A stretch of 64,000 bases of DNA from Octopus vulgaris (taxonomy: Eukaryota): contig OX597832.1 of NCBI GenBank assembly GCA_951406725.2, forward strand, positions 28,086,001 to 28,150,000, in the 5' to 3' direction. Under the pieces are notes generated by a model. The model was not told the origin of the DNA. It saw nothing but the letters and a program-made list of their open reading frames with translations, and did no database searches. Position 1 is the stretch's first letter. Each line of letters opens with the position of its first letter. Positions 53,901 through 61,850 of this stretch are shown here, in pieces. The position numbers and the translations under genes are program-made.

Positions 53901-55042
53901 ATTCCACAGACACGTGCACCCTTAAGGTAGTTCTTGGGGATATTCAGCGTGACACAGAGAGTGACAAGGCCGGCCCTTTGAAATACAGGTACAACAGAAA
54001 CAGGAAGTAAGAGTGAGAGAAAGTTGTGGTGAAAGAGTACAGCAGGGATCACCACCATCCCCTGCCGGAGCCTTGTGGAGCTTTTAAGTGTTTTCGCTCA
54101 ATAATCACTCAACGCCCGGTCTGGGAATCAAAACCGCGACCCTACGACTGCTGCCCTAACCACTGGGCCATTGCACCTCCACTAAATACACAAATACATG
54201 TATGTGTGTGCTTATGTGCATTTTTAAACAAATATATTAGTGTGTGTATATATATATATAAACATATACATGTGTTTATATATATATACATAACACATGT
54301 ACAAACTGTATGGAGCTATGACCCACATGTCTCTAATTTATTTATTTATTTTTCAGCCCCAAAAGTCAGTGAAATCACAGTAAACAGCTGTCAGGTGGAA
54401 TGGCAAGGCTGCAAGTCTATGGGTGCCGATAGTGTCATCTACCAATTACAGATTCTGTGTATCACTAGAGGAGAACATGAATACAAATCGGTAAGAATAT
54501 TTAGTTTTGGCATTATATTGGTGAGGACCACCTGTTATTGACATCTTTGAGTGTCGTGGTACCATGACACTTGGACTGATAAATATGAAATTTTAATGAT
54601 TATAAAAAATAATTTTTTTTCAGCTATAAGTAGAATGCCTGAAATATAGGAGAGGGGAACTTGTCAATTACATCAACACCTGTGTTCTACCTGTATGTAT
54701 TTTATTGGTTCTAAATAGATGAAAGATAAGGTCAACCCCCTGTCCCAGCAAAAATGGCTGTGAGTATTATTTTGGCCAGTGCAGTGAACAGTTCTGCTAG
54801 ATCAGCTCTTTAGATTGACCACAATCTTCTGCAGCCTCACAGAGCTGCCAAAATTAAGCCTAAGATGTAATGATGAATTCTAGTGTGCAGACACAGTCAG
54901 AACACCTGTCGTGTCCCTTGTAGCTGGCCATATGTTCAATGCCATTGTTCATCTATACATCGACCTGTTCCTGAAAAGGGGAAATAGAAAATAAAAACAT
55001 CATGTTTAGCCTAAACACCCTCTGTGTGTGTGTACACATATT

Positions 55043-55075
<33 letters not shown>

Positions 55076-56683
55076 GACATTAATGAGAATTATAATTACA
55101 ATTATTGTCCTACAATATATATAGAGACGCAGGAGTGGCTGTGTGGTAAGTAGCTTGCTTACCAACCACATGGTTCCGAGTTCAGTCCCACTGCATGGCA
55201 CCTTGGGCAAGTGTCTTCTACTATAGCCTCGAGTCGACCAAAGCCTTGTGAGTGGATTTGGTAGACGGAAACTAAAAGAAGCCCGTCGTGTGTGTGTGTA
55301 TTTGTACCTCCAACATCGCTTGACAACCGAAGCTGGTGTGTTCACGCCCTTGTAACTTTGCAGTTCGGTGAAAGAGACCGATAGAATAAGTACTAGGCAC
55401 ACAAAGAATAAGTCCTGGGGTTGATTTGTTCGACTAAAGGCAGTGCTCCAGCATGGCCACAGTCAAATGACAAACGAATAAAAGAATATGTATAGTGGAT
55501 GCGCGTGGCTTAGTGGTGTCAGCACCATTATCATAATATTGTGGTTTCGATTCCTGGACTGGGCGACCTGTTGTGTTCTTGAACAAAAACACTTTGTTTC
55601 ACATTGTTCCAGTTCACTCAGCTGGCCAAAATGAGTAAACTCTGCAATGGTATACATGCCATGGAAATTGGTCTTCATGAGCCTGGCATGGCTCAAGAAG
55701 GAAACATTCTTTTATTTATATATATATATATATATAAATAGGTGCAGGAGTGGCTGTGTGGTAAGTAGCTTGCTTACCAACCACATAGTTCGGGTTCAGT
55801 CCCAGTGCATGGTACCTTGGGCAAATGTCTTCTACTATAGCCACAGGCTGACTAAAGCCTTGTGAGTGGATCTGGTAGATGGAAACTGAAAGAAGCCCGT
55901 CATATATATATATGTGTGTGTGTGTGTTTATTTGTACCAACATCGCTTGACAACCGATGCTGGTGTGTTTACGTCCCCGTATCTTAATGGTTTGGCAAAA
56001 GAGACTGATAGAATAAGTACTTACAAAGAATAAGTCCTGGGGTTGACTCCTTTGACTAAAGGCGGTGCTCCAGTATGGCCGCAGTCATATGACTGAAACA
56101 AGTAAAAGAGTATATGAAAACAAAGTGTCGCTGAAGAAGTCACAGATGTGTGAGGAAAAATTTTTGGACAGTGGACACGAATTAAAATACTAAAATAAAA
56201 ACAAATAAACGAGTGAAGAACAAGTATATAGTCTGTGTGTGTGTTAATTTGGCAAAAAAAATGACCGTCCCAAAATACAAATATATATATATGTATAACA
56301 TATAACAATAGCTGGTCTAATTATCCTTGCCTTCTATGTGACATTTTGTTTTCTCGTTGCAGGTTTACCGAGGCACCGAAACCAGTTTCAGTATACAGAA
56401 CCTTACACCCAAATGTGATTACCAAATACGTGTGTCTGCCATCCGAATCTGTGCTGATGGTTTACCTGATGTTCCCGGCTCTTATAGTTCTGGAAACCTT
56501 TTCTCGACCCTGGCTCCGGAGCCCGTGAAACCAGTGGAGTCTCGACCGCCGAGCATGATGAAACTGGCCAAACCGAAAGCTTTGACTGACCAACAGATAT
56601 CTCTCCTCCTCCTCATTGGTTTTGGAGTCCTTGCCATTGTGGTCACTTGGCTGACCCAGTACATATTGTCCGGAGAGGGTTGA
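9097..56683 (+). CDS. FNDC3A: FNDC3A/B-like (mtgo) fibronectin type III domain protein, 5'-partial, 20 coding exons (whole-gene span)
   Basis: Manually spliced 20 GT-AG exons with compatible phases, 2849 nt, about 949 codons. Nine consecutive FN3 repeats (P..P...W..P..NG..I..Y...Y.G....L.P.T.Y.F.V.A.N..G.G..S pattern) are followed by a hydrophobic C-terminal anchor (QISLLLLIGFGVLAIVVTWLTQYIL). This architecture is that of FNDC3A/B; A versus B orthology cannot be resolved here. Confidence 0.9.
10880..11160 (-). mobile_element. Degenerate RTE LINE C-terminal fragment
   Basis: Minus strand reads roughly EQKRRLRWY.HV..ED....RGK.R..W..DL..LNL.EEM. Confidence 0.5.
11300..11520 (+). mobile_element. 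SINE family B (tRNA head plus gcctttcatcctttcggggtcgataaattaagtaccag domain); representative copy
   Basis: Head ggcggcga..tggcagaaacg..gagttcaaattcc. Other copies at about 5570-5785, 15985-16360, 21410-21820, 23610-23785, 23975-24210(-), 35490-35710(-), 39383-39560, 40755-41142(-), 47770-49097, 58238-58462 and 62300-63040(-). Confidence 0.85.
13140..13700 (+). mobile_element. Degenerate RTE-clade LINE 3' fragment
   Basis: VEMVESFCYLGDHISKGRGC..RARIAWKLLKDLLP, a post-RT region typical of RTE elements, broken by frameshifts. Confidence 0.65.
14120..14510 (+). mobile_element. Probable non-autonomous Helitron
   Basis: 3' end has a GC-rich hairpin gcccgagca-a-tgctgggc just before CTAG|T (14507-14510). 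5' end resembles ..tataaataaagctgaagttgt, typical of Helitron starts. Confidence 0.6.
15818..15957 (+). CDS. FNDC3A: FNDC3 exon (FN3-1)
   Basis: ttttcag| VKEVEPRSASLIMAPPDFDQSEFEMSTVHVELQLSEKGRDKYRTVY ag|gtgatt. Confidence 0.88.
17461..17520 (+). CDS. FNDC3A: FNDC3 exon (FN3-1)
   Basis: ccacag| (S)GPFQEITLKNLKPATEYSL ag|gtaaga. Confidence 0.9.
17661..18010 (+). mobile_element. tRNA-headed SINE with Penelope-pLTR-like body and hammerhead motif, preceded by an inverted partial copy
   Basis: A box TGGCGTAGTGG 17753-17763 and B-box-like GAGTTTGATTCC; CTGATGA 17889-17895 ... GAAAC 17917-17921; inverted arm 17661-17742 matches 17904-17984. Confidence 0.75.
18095..18920. repeat. Higher-order satellite, 135-bp period
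   Basis: ctgtatcat recurs at 18387, 18522, 18657 and 18792; the unit is five AATGTCA-initiated subunits of 31+20+33+31+20 bp. Confidence 0.92.
19042..19180 (+). CDS. FNDC3A: FNDC3 exon (FN3-1/2)
   Basis: ttccag| (R)ACSRFEELKGSMTEPVVFKTLCCVPDQPQHPKLANKTKNSLLLKWN |gtaagt. Confidence 0.9.
21273..21326 (+). CDS. FNDC3A: FNDC3 exon (FN3-2)
   Basis: tttcag| AACENGSKISTYSLEYDK |gtaggt. Confidence 0.9.
23368..23560 (+). repeat. G-rich minisatellite, about 6 copies of 31-36 bp
   Basis: Repeated aatgtTTAGGGGTGGATTAGAGGAAATGGGGG(G)n ac. Confidence 0.88.
24615..24739 (+). CDS. FNDC3A: FNDC3 exon (FN3-2)
   Basis: ttccag| GLNNGEFYEVYSGLVKQHRVNYLQAGTKYTFRLAAINSIGK ag|gttcgt. Confidence 0.9.
25045..25310 (+). 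mobile_element. R4/Dong-like non-LTR element, restriction-like endonuclease C-terminal remnant
   Basis: VDVECPFGT.IVKKEGEKIVRYNPLKYKITWLWKMKKVKMVP / ..SLETVSEDIKGNIKEIG resembles the RLE-domain end (D..P..K..KY..L...W...V.PI..G.LG). Confidence 0.55.
26103..26262 (+). CDS. FNDC3A: FNDC3 exon (FN3-2/3)
   Basis: tttcag| (S)LFSELTSYCTSGTVPPQPDPPTIATSQINSLNLSWLKRQSDETFTLQMEDETT |gtaagt. Confidence 0.9.
26432..26872 (+). mobile_element. SINE family A (tRNA-derived head, CORE-like segment, internal (TA)n); representative copy
   Basis: ggagtggctgtgtggtaag..gggttcagtccc..cttgggcaagtgtctt..(TA)n..tgactgaaacaagtaaaagag. Other copies at about 85-290(-), 690-1050, 4715-5397(-), 22054-22460, 29448-29785, 45885-46238, 50746-51164, 55127-55487 and 55741-56111. 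Confidence 0.85.
27404..27796 (+). mobile_element. SINE family D (tRNA-Arg-like head), full length with 12-bp TSD
   Basis: A box tggcccagtgg, B box ggtttcgattccc, (ttcca)n tail; TSD atctactgtaaa at 27392-27403 and 27797-27808. Confidence 0.88.
27967..28053 (+). CDS. FNDC3A: FNDC3 exon (FN3-3)
   Basis: ttgcag| GHGFLVVYNGPNCSYKVPNLQRNTDYRFR |gtaaat. Confidence 0.9.
28972..29110 (+). CDS. FNDC3A: FNDC3 exon (FN3-3/4)
   Basis: ttttag| LSAKNEEGPSKWSEIVTYQTLPGPPGIPSKVQVKGKIHAHHFKVTW g|gtgagt. Confidence 0.9.
30144..30209 (+). CDS. FNDC3A: FNDC3 exon (FN3-4)
   Basis: ctacag| (D)PPKDTGGTKVFNYHVEMDDGE g|gtgagt. Confidence 0.9.
33900..35820 (+). mobile_element. Old CR1/Jockey-like LINE RT remnant with SINE insertions
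   Basis: PQSSVLSSTF (PQGSVL-like), RP.ME motif and SF..R...LWN-like C-terminus; C-rich degenerate sequence. Confidence 0.55.
36206..36445. repeat. (TG/TA)n compound microsatellite, representative of many in the window
   Basis: Similar tracts at 2550-2718, 6880-7130, 29200-30010 (CTAT), 31635-31765 and 63886-63960. Confidence 0.95.
38612..38780 (+). mobile_element. Short Penelope-pLTR-like fragment with hammerhead motif between (TA)n tracts
   Basis: ctgt-CTGATGA-a-CG-GCAA-CG-a-GAAA-CTC-A-GAG-TA-acag at 38709-38746; (TA)n on both sides. Confidence 0.6.
39565..39817 (-). mobile_element. CR1-type LINE 3' end
   Basis: Minus strand GHSEKLYLRRFHLNRRRGAFSVRVADPWNKLPDKIVKMPTTARFKVSLDHKWPELFA* then a (TAAC)n tail; shorter copy at about 59157-59298. 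Confidence 0.8.
42217..42329 (+). CDS. FNDC3A: FNDC3 exon (FN3-4)
   Basis: ctgcag| (G)FRNIYNGAELECSCDGLIPGGTYNVHVACSGPGGKSD |gtaagt; follows a 12-kb intron. Confidence 0.9.
43030..43135 (+). CDS. FNDC3A: FNDC3 exon (FN3-4/5)
   Basis: ttgcag| FSDSISVTTPAVIPGQSQPPKLQGKPKATSLHLRW g|gtaagt. Confidence 0.9.
43153..43520 (+). mobile_element. Tandem dimer (~175-190 bp units) of a Penelope-pLTR/retrozyme-like element with 12-bp TSD
   Basis: TSD taattattctaa at 43141-43152 and 43521-43532; each unit has cttt-CTGTAGA-a-GAGC-loop-GCTC-GAAAC-(A/G)TA-aaag. Confidence 0.72.
43998..44562 (-). mobile_element. SINE family C (tail ..ggacgttaaacgatgatgatg) with internal tandem subrepeats; representative copy
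   Basis: Conserved ggcgttaggaagggcatccagctgtagaaac block and repeated ggtgctttttacgtgccaccggcac units. Other copies at about 3325-3565, 7873-8095, 9768-9915, 19912-20160, 25610-26000(+), 52900-53080(+), 53268-53660, 57540-57962(+) and 63095-63550. Confidence 0.82.
45122..45294 (+). CDS. FNDC3A: FNDC3 exon (FN3-5)
   Basis: tttcag| (G)PPVTDGGSPITEYIVQMVSPDNTTREVYKGRDTDCVVAGLLPGRPYLFQVKCSNKIG |gtaggt. Confidence 0.92.
46364..46555 (+). CDS. FNDC3A: FNDC3 exon (FN3-5/6)
   Basis: gcctag| AGPWSESCEVVSGPGVPDAPKCPTVNWKSPHCIQLSWEKPVNNGATITDYRLEWQQKTNLDFTQ |gtaaca. Confidence 0.92.
46638..47192 (-). mobile_element. Internally deleted Tc1/mariner-superfamily element (DUF4817-type HTH N-terminus)
   Basis: About 50-bp TIRs cagggtcaggcaaaatgatctgacaca.. 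/ ..tgtgtcagatcattttgcctgaccctg with TA TSD. N-terminus MNWTGEHRAFIVETFIKTNDSVTATQRAFRLHF..GRPRTAR is joined out of frame to C-terminus ELKDAIRQEITAIPHE..RLRQCVDNNGSHL*. Confidence 0.88.
47373..47447 (+). CDS. FNDC3A: FNDC3 exon (FN3-6)
   Basis: tttcag| LYVGPQRKYEIKNLLPATNYSFKVS |gtaagt. Confidence 0.92.
48498..49097 (+). repeat. Head-to-tail trimer of SINE family B
   Basis: Units are joined at ..aaagaaatAGGTATTTCGTCTG.. (about 48730 and 48900). Confidence 0.8.
49139..49392 (+). CDS. FNDC3A: FNDC3 exon (FN3-6/7)
   Basis: ttgcag| AINSAGAGPFSSVCRCQTQPSSPAAVVHCKVQTTATDALLKWEEPHNNGSEILSYNIDTGDKQLINITDATEYRLEHLSPDTVY ag|gtgagt. Confidence 0.92.
49894..50094 (+). CDS. FNDC3A: FNDC3 exon (FN3-7/8)
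   Basis: tttcag| (R)IRIQAVNAIGPGAFSFAIKVITKSLPPAPPSLECVSAAPNSLKLKWGDGRNPDLIQYQLEINRDDK ca|gtaagt. Confidence 0.92.
50548..51191. mobile_element. Third hammerhead-SINE inverted pair, interrupted by a family-A SINE (50746-51164)
   Basis: Minus arm 50548-50693, plus arm 50697-50744 continuing at about 51165 (attcctcatctcttaaatatagaac); ataatt is duplicated around the inserted SINE. Confidence 0.72.
51728..51894 (+). CDS. FNDC3A: FNDC3 exon (FN3-8)
   Basis: ttccag| (H)FQTVYYGSAHAYKVNRLSELTSYDFRIFAINDAGCGEYSNLYKFSTTKAPPPPLR g|gtaagc. Confidence 0.92.
52228..52630 (+). mobile_element. Second copy of the hammerhead SINE with a ~145-bp inverted copy
   Basis: Arm 52228-52372 is the reverse complement of 52446-52597; tRNA-like head at 52375-52445 with B box gagttcgattcc. 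Confidence 0.78.
53805..54183 (-). mobile_element. SINE family D, full length with 12-bp TSD
   Basis: Reverse-complement match to 27404-27796; TSD aaatacacaaat at 53793-53804 and 54184-54195. Confidence 0.88.
54357..54490 (+). CDS. FNDC3A: FNDC3 exon (FN3-9)
   Basis: tttcag| (A)PKVSEITVNSCQVEWQGCKSMGADSVIYQLQILCITRGEHEYKS |gtaaga. Confidence 0.92.
56363..56683 (+). CDS. FNDC3A: FNDC3 terminal coding exon (end of FN3-9 plus tail-anchor TM)
   Basis: ttgcag| VYRGTETSFSIQNLTPKCDYQIRVSAIRIC...KALTDQQISLLLLIGFGVLAIVVTWLTQYILSGEG*, TGA at 56681-56683. Confidence 0.93.
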   Translation, partial: VYRGTETSFSIQNLTPKCDYQIRVSAIRICADGLPDVPGSYSSGNLFSTLAPEPVKPVESRPPSMMKLAKPKALTDQQISLLLLIGFGVLAIVVTWLTQYILSGEG

Positions 56684-57218
56684 ACCCTGTTCAACTCTTT
56701 GACGTTCTTCTGTTTTAATTCTGTCCAAAAATGACCAGACTGGTACATAACACCATTATCAATGATCTACTGACCGTTCCCCCCTCTTCCTTGTCATTAT
56801 CAACAGGTGACAGCGACAGAGGGGGTGCGGTCATTTCTCTCTGTCTGTCTAAAGACACTCTGCTGCTGCTGCTGCTGAAGCCATTGGTCAACCTGATCGG
56901 CTGGATGACTTCACTGCTGTCAAATTACCATTTTACTCTCGACCCGACCCGCCCATTTCCCTTCCCCACCCATCCACCCCACATTTATCTGTAAAGCCAG
57001 TCCCACCCCCCTACTCACACACCACCACCACCCACACTGACTTCCGGCAAACAAATTGTCATATAATGTATATTGAAAAAGAAACAAAAAAAAAAAAGAT
57101 TAAAAAAAAATACAAAAAGAAAAAAAGGAAGCAAAAAGAAGAAAAAAATATATGAAATCAAATCCAATATGAAAATATTATTATTATTATTATTATAATT
57201 ATTATTATTATTATTAAT

Positions 57219-57380
57219 AATAAAGATTTTAAAAAGAATAATTATAAAGACGAAAATACACAAATCTATATATAAAAAAAATATATATATATAATATATA
57301 TTCTATGTAAATTGCGTACAAGTGACTTAATGAATTAAAGCTCTGTATTTTTGAGATTAGGTGGTACTGTTTGTTGTTGG
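57219..57380 (+). terminator. Candidate polyadenylation signals of the FNDC3 3'UTR
   Basis: AATAAA at 57219-57224; ATTAAA at 57334-57339 followed by a GT-rich tract (ggtactgtttgttgttgg). Confidence 0.45.
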
Positions 57381-60197
57381 ACTTTTCCAAGGTTACCAGG
57401 GATAACATTGAAGAGTTCTGTTGCACCCGCTTACCATTCAGTGGTTAGCAGGGTTTTTATATATATATATATATACACACATGCACACACAGACAGACAG
57501 ACATGAGTTGAACACAAACATTCATTCATTCATTCATTCAAGACCAGTTGAGGCAAGTGAAATCGAAGTCGGAATCAAACTCGGTGACTGGCATCCGTTG
57601 CTAGTGGAGCGCTAAGAGTACCATACGAGTGAGATCGTTGCCAGAGCAACAAGCTGGCCTTCGTGCCGATGGCATGTTAAACACACCATTCGGGCGTGAT
57701 CATTACTGTGTCGCCTTACTAGCACTTGTGCTGGTGACATGTGAAAAAACATTCGAGCGAGGTCATCGCCAGTGCCGCTGGACTGGCTCCTGTGCAGGTG
57801 ACATGTAAAAGCACCCACTACACTCTCGGAGTGGTTGGCGTTAGGAAGGGCATCCAGCTGTAGAAACCAAGCCAAATCAAGATTGGAGTCTGGTTCGCCA
57901 GACCTCAGTCAAATCGTCCAACCCATGCTAACATGGAAAGCGGACGTTAAATGATGATGATGTCTATATGTTACTATCATCAGTTTAACCTCCACTTTTC
58001 CATGCTGGCATGGGTCAGACATGTTTTCAGTGAAGATGAGAAATGAAGGATACCATTTGTATGATGGTAACATTCGTTTACAACTACCACACAATGTCAA
58101 GACACACACACGGATAGGCTTATAGGCTTTTTTCCGTTTCCATCTACAAATTCCATTCTTAAGGTTTTTGTCAACTCAGAGGAATAGTAGAAAACACATG
58201 TTTGGGATGTGGACTTAGTCATGTAGCCATGTGTATGAAGGCAGCGAGATGGCAGAAACGTTAGCACGCCGGGTGAAATGCTTAGCGGTATTTTGCCTGC
58301 TGTTACGTTCTGAGTTCAAATTCCACCAAGGCCGACTTTGCCTTTCAGGGTCGATTTAATAAGTACCGGTTATGCACTAGGGTCGATATAATCGACTTAA
58401 TCCATTTGTCTATCCTTGTTTGTCCACTCTGTGTTTAGCTCCTTGCGGGTAGTAAAGAAATATAGTCATGGGTATTTCATCCAACTACATCCAAGAAAGA
58501 GAAAACTCAATAGGTTGGAAATGAAAGGTTCAAATGGTGTGTCTCTCTCTGTCTATATATTATATTGAAGGGAATGAGACTGTGTGTGTAAACCTGGTAT
58601 AATCCACCATATAGTTTACATCTCACCACACCTAATACTCTAAGCAATCTAGAAACATTTCTGTCAAGATCTCCAACTCCTCAACCTCACCCAGTGTCTA
58701 TCTTATAACAATCTTCCCCACACTACATAAACTCCCCCAACTTCAGGAACCCTTCTTAAATGTCCCCTCTACAAGAAATACCTCCACAAAAACTGAATAT
58801 CTTTTGCCAACATCAACACACGCTCTTCTAAAAGACAATTCACTGAGGTAATGTCAGAAAGAATTCAAACAATTACCTCTGCCGATATCTGCACACACAT
58901 TTGCAATCATTAACAGAAGGTGGAACAACCCATCTCGAAATTCTGTTCTCTTTTCATTGAAGAGAAGAGAGCAATCCTCTTCAGCAAACCAAACATTCTT
59001 AATCTAAAGACATTAACATCATTCGGAAGCAAAAACAAAAAAAAAAAACTCAACACTGTTAGGATAATTTGAACCTACACATAGCCAACCCAGCCTCTAA
59101 ATATCTATGTGCCACTAAATGATGATATGATATGATATTTTATATATATATATATATAGTTAAGTTAATTTTTTGGCTCAAAAAGCGAAAAGCAAGGCCA
59201 TGTCGGGGGACATGGAGTTATGTACAGGGAGGGTGTTCATGCAAAGAGTTCAGGCCATTTCTGGTCAAGAGAGACTTTGAACTGAGCGGTCATCAGCATA
59301 TATAGGGAGAGTTCACGAATCTGTGGTATACACACAGGTTGTGGTTTTGGCCAAAGTTCAGTGGTGCAAATGGTTTGATGTGCAACACTTAACTTTTGAG
59401 TGACCAACCTGCCACTTGATCACTCATCAATCTGGCTGATTGCCGATTGACTGCAGCCTCACCAGGAAATAGGACAGACCAATTCTTGTGAATGCGAAGT
59501 CATTCCCAAGTGGGGAATGTATAACTCAGCTCCTGGCTTCTGACTTGAAACTAGAAAGACTCGGAGACATAAACCAGTTCGGAAAGGGATGATATGGGAG
59601 CTTAAAGGATCGGTGAATAGTCAGAGATTTAGAGAAGTACTTCTTGAAGCATTTGATGAGATAGAGACATATAACATTGTGGACAAATGGAAGTTCCCTT
59701 TGGGGCAACCTGTTGAGAGCAAAGAACCAAATATGAGGTTGGTGCAAAGTTCCAGCCAGGTTAAAGGTTGACATGGTGGTGGAACTGTGAAGTGGACAGA
59801 GGTAATGGGTTAAACATTGCAAAGAGAAAAAAGGAAGAGGCTTACCAAAGTTGTAGAAGATGAGGATGAGAGGCAGGAAATGCTCCAGGATACAAGACCG
59901 AACCAGGAACTCAAGATGTTCTGAATGAGAAGTGTGTATAGATGGATGAGTGTACACTTGCGGTTGTTGATTCTGAAAAGAAAGAGGTATAAAAGGCTAT
60001 TAAAAGTGGAGAGTTCATGGGATTAAAGAGGGTCTTCCCAACATGGATGCAAGAGAAGGGCCAGCTACCCTAGCTGACAGCAATATGATAAATAAAGCAA
60101 TTAAGGATATGACAGTAGGGAAAGCTCTGAGTTCATCAGAAACAATCAAGTTGCTTTAAAATATTTGACAAAATAGAATACACAGTTCTATATTTAA

Positions 60198-60417
60198 CCC
60201 TTTAGCATTCAAACCGGCCATATCTGGCCAAAATATTTAATCAGTTTTATATTGAAACTGACCAGCTCTCGCCTCTCACCTCAGCCCTACCATGTCATTC
60301 TAAAACTAAAAATTAGCATCACTGAAATCTCTAAACCACAAGATAATGCAGGATTAATTCAAACCATTTTAAATAAACAAACATCACATTTGACAGAAAA
60401 ATATGAACACTAAAGGG
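60198..60417. mobile_element. piggyBac-type MITE inside the tail of the hammerhead SINE
   Basis: acagttctatat-TTAA|ccctttag...ctaaaggg|TTAA-gagatgaggaatt. Confidence 0.8.
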
Positions 60418-60668
60418 TTAAGAGATGAGGAATTATTTACATTTGACGGATATTTGTCCTGCCCTTTCTGCTACTCTTCTAGCTTTATATGAATCCACTG
60501 GTGGCGTCACATTCAAGCCAGGTGGTATTAGCTTTGAGTCTCTACATCTACACAGGAAAGTTAGATGGATTGAAAGACGAGTTAGTTTTTGATGGAGTTT
60601 CTCTATACGTCTCCATTGAAGTCTAATGTCGGCTCTGGACCGATTAGATAATACAGTTCTACATTTAA

Positions 60669-60879
60669 CCCTTTAGCATTTAAACCGGCCATAAGTATTC
60701 TGCCTGTTTTATGGTCAAACTGGCCAGATCTGGTCTCTCACACCTACCCTACAATATCGTTTTTAAAATTAACAGCTACATTATCAAAATCTCATAACTA
60801 CAAGATAAGGCATGATTAGTTCAAAACAATGTGGATGAAGAAGCATTAATTTTGGCAGAATAATGCGAACACTAAAGGG
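60669..60879. mobile_element. piggyBac-type MITE inside the tail of the hammerhead SINE (second copy)
   Basis: Same insertion site and termini as 60198-60417. Confidence 0.8.
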
Positions 60880-60999
60880 TTAAGAGATGAGGAATTATGT
60901 ACATTATTTACATTTGACGGATATTTGTCATCTTTTTTGATGAGGACAAATATCCATCAAATGTAAATCATGTAAAGAATAGAATACAGCCTAGTCACA

Positions 61000-61850
61000 A
61001 GAAGGAGTCATACCCGATGACTGTTGTAGTAGCATTATAGTCAACTGTTGTTACAAAGGAAAAGGAGATGCTTTGGAGAAAAGTAATTACTGAGTTATCA
61101 AATTGTTGGACCGAGTCATGACAGTTGCGGAAAACCATGTCACTCAATTAATTAAGATAATTCAGATGCCGTTTGGTTTTGTGCCAGAAATAACAACAAC
61201 TGACAGTATGACAAACTGCTGGAGAAATATTTAGCTAAAAAGTAAACCATTCGTTTGGTATTTACGAATCTGGGTCTGATGGTCTCTGGGGAATTTGGCT
61301 ATAGATGAACGGCTAGTACAAGGGTACTATTAGTAAGATGAGAGTCGGCAACAGATTTAGTGTACAGGCATGAGCTCACAAAGGCTTGGTTCTCAGTCCC
61401 CTCCAATTCATCATAGTCCTCCAGATCATAAAAGAGGATTTTAAGACTGATTTCCCCTGGGATACAGATGATCTTGTTCTCAGAGCAGAATCTGTAATAG
61501 AATTAGAAAAGAAATTCCAGATATGAAAGCAAACCCTGGAATTAAGGGCCTCAAAGTTAGCATAGCAAAGACCAAAGTTCTTGCAAGCAGGAAAACAGAG
61601 GACTCTACTCCTTTCAGGAAAATGGCCCTGGTTGGTATGGAGGCAGGAATTTCATAGCAGATGATGCATTTTATCACGGCACCAGTGAGGTTATTCAGTA
61701 TCATGCAAAACTAATGAGTCCTCTCTATATTGTCTCCATACAGTCAAGAAAAATGCAACTGAATCCATAAATTCCTGGAGGAACTCAGCAAGAGGGAGGA
61801 ATGGGAGAGAGACAGTGATAGGTTGCTACTTGGTGGTGGTTGAGAAAAAG
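61000..61850 (+). mobile_element. Degenerate RTE LINE reverse-transcriptase region
   Basis: Fragments FGFVP..TTD, LEKYLAK, HKGLVLSPLQFIIVLQIIKEDFKT, DDLVLRAESVIELEKKF and KTKVLASRK, with many stops. Confidence 0.75.

Noticed and set aside
57076-57148. A-rich tract resembling a retrocopy poly(A) tail
   Set aside because: The gene has introns and the tract is interrupted genomic 3'UTR sequence, relevant only as an internal priming site.
59520-60060. 143-aa minus-strand ORF, possible LINE endonuclease remnant
   Set aside because: Motifs are too degenerate to assign by eye.
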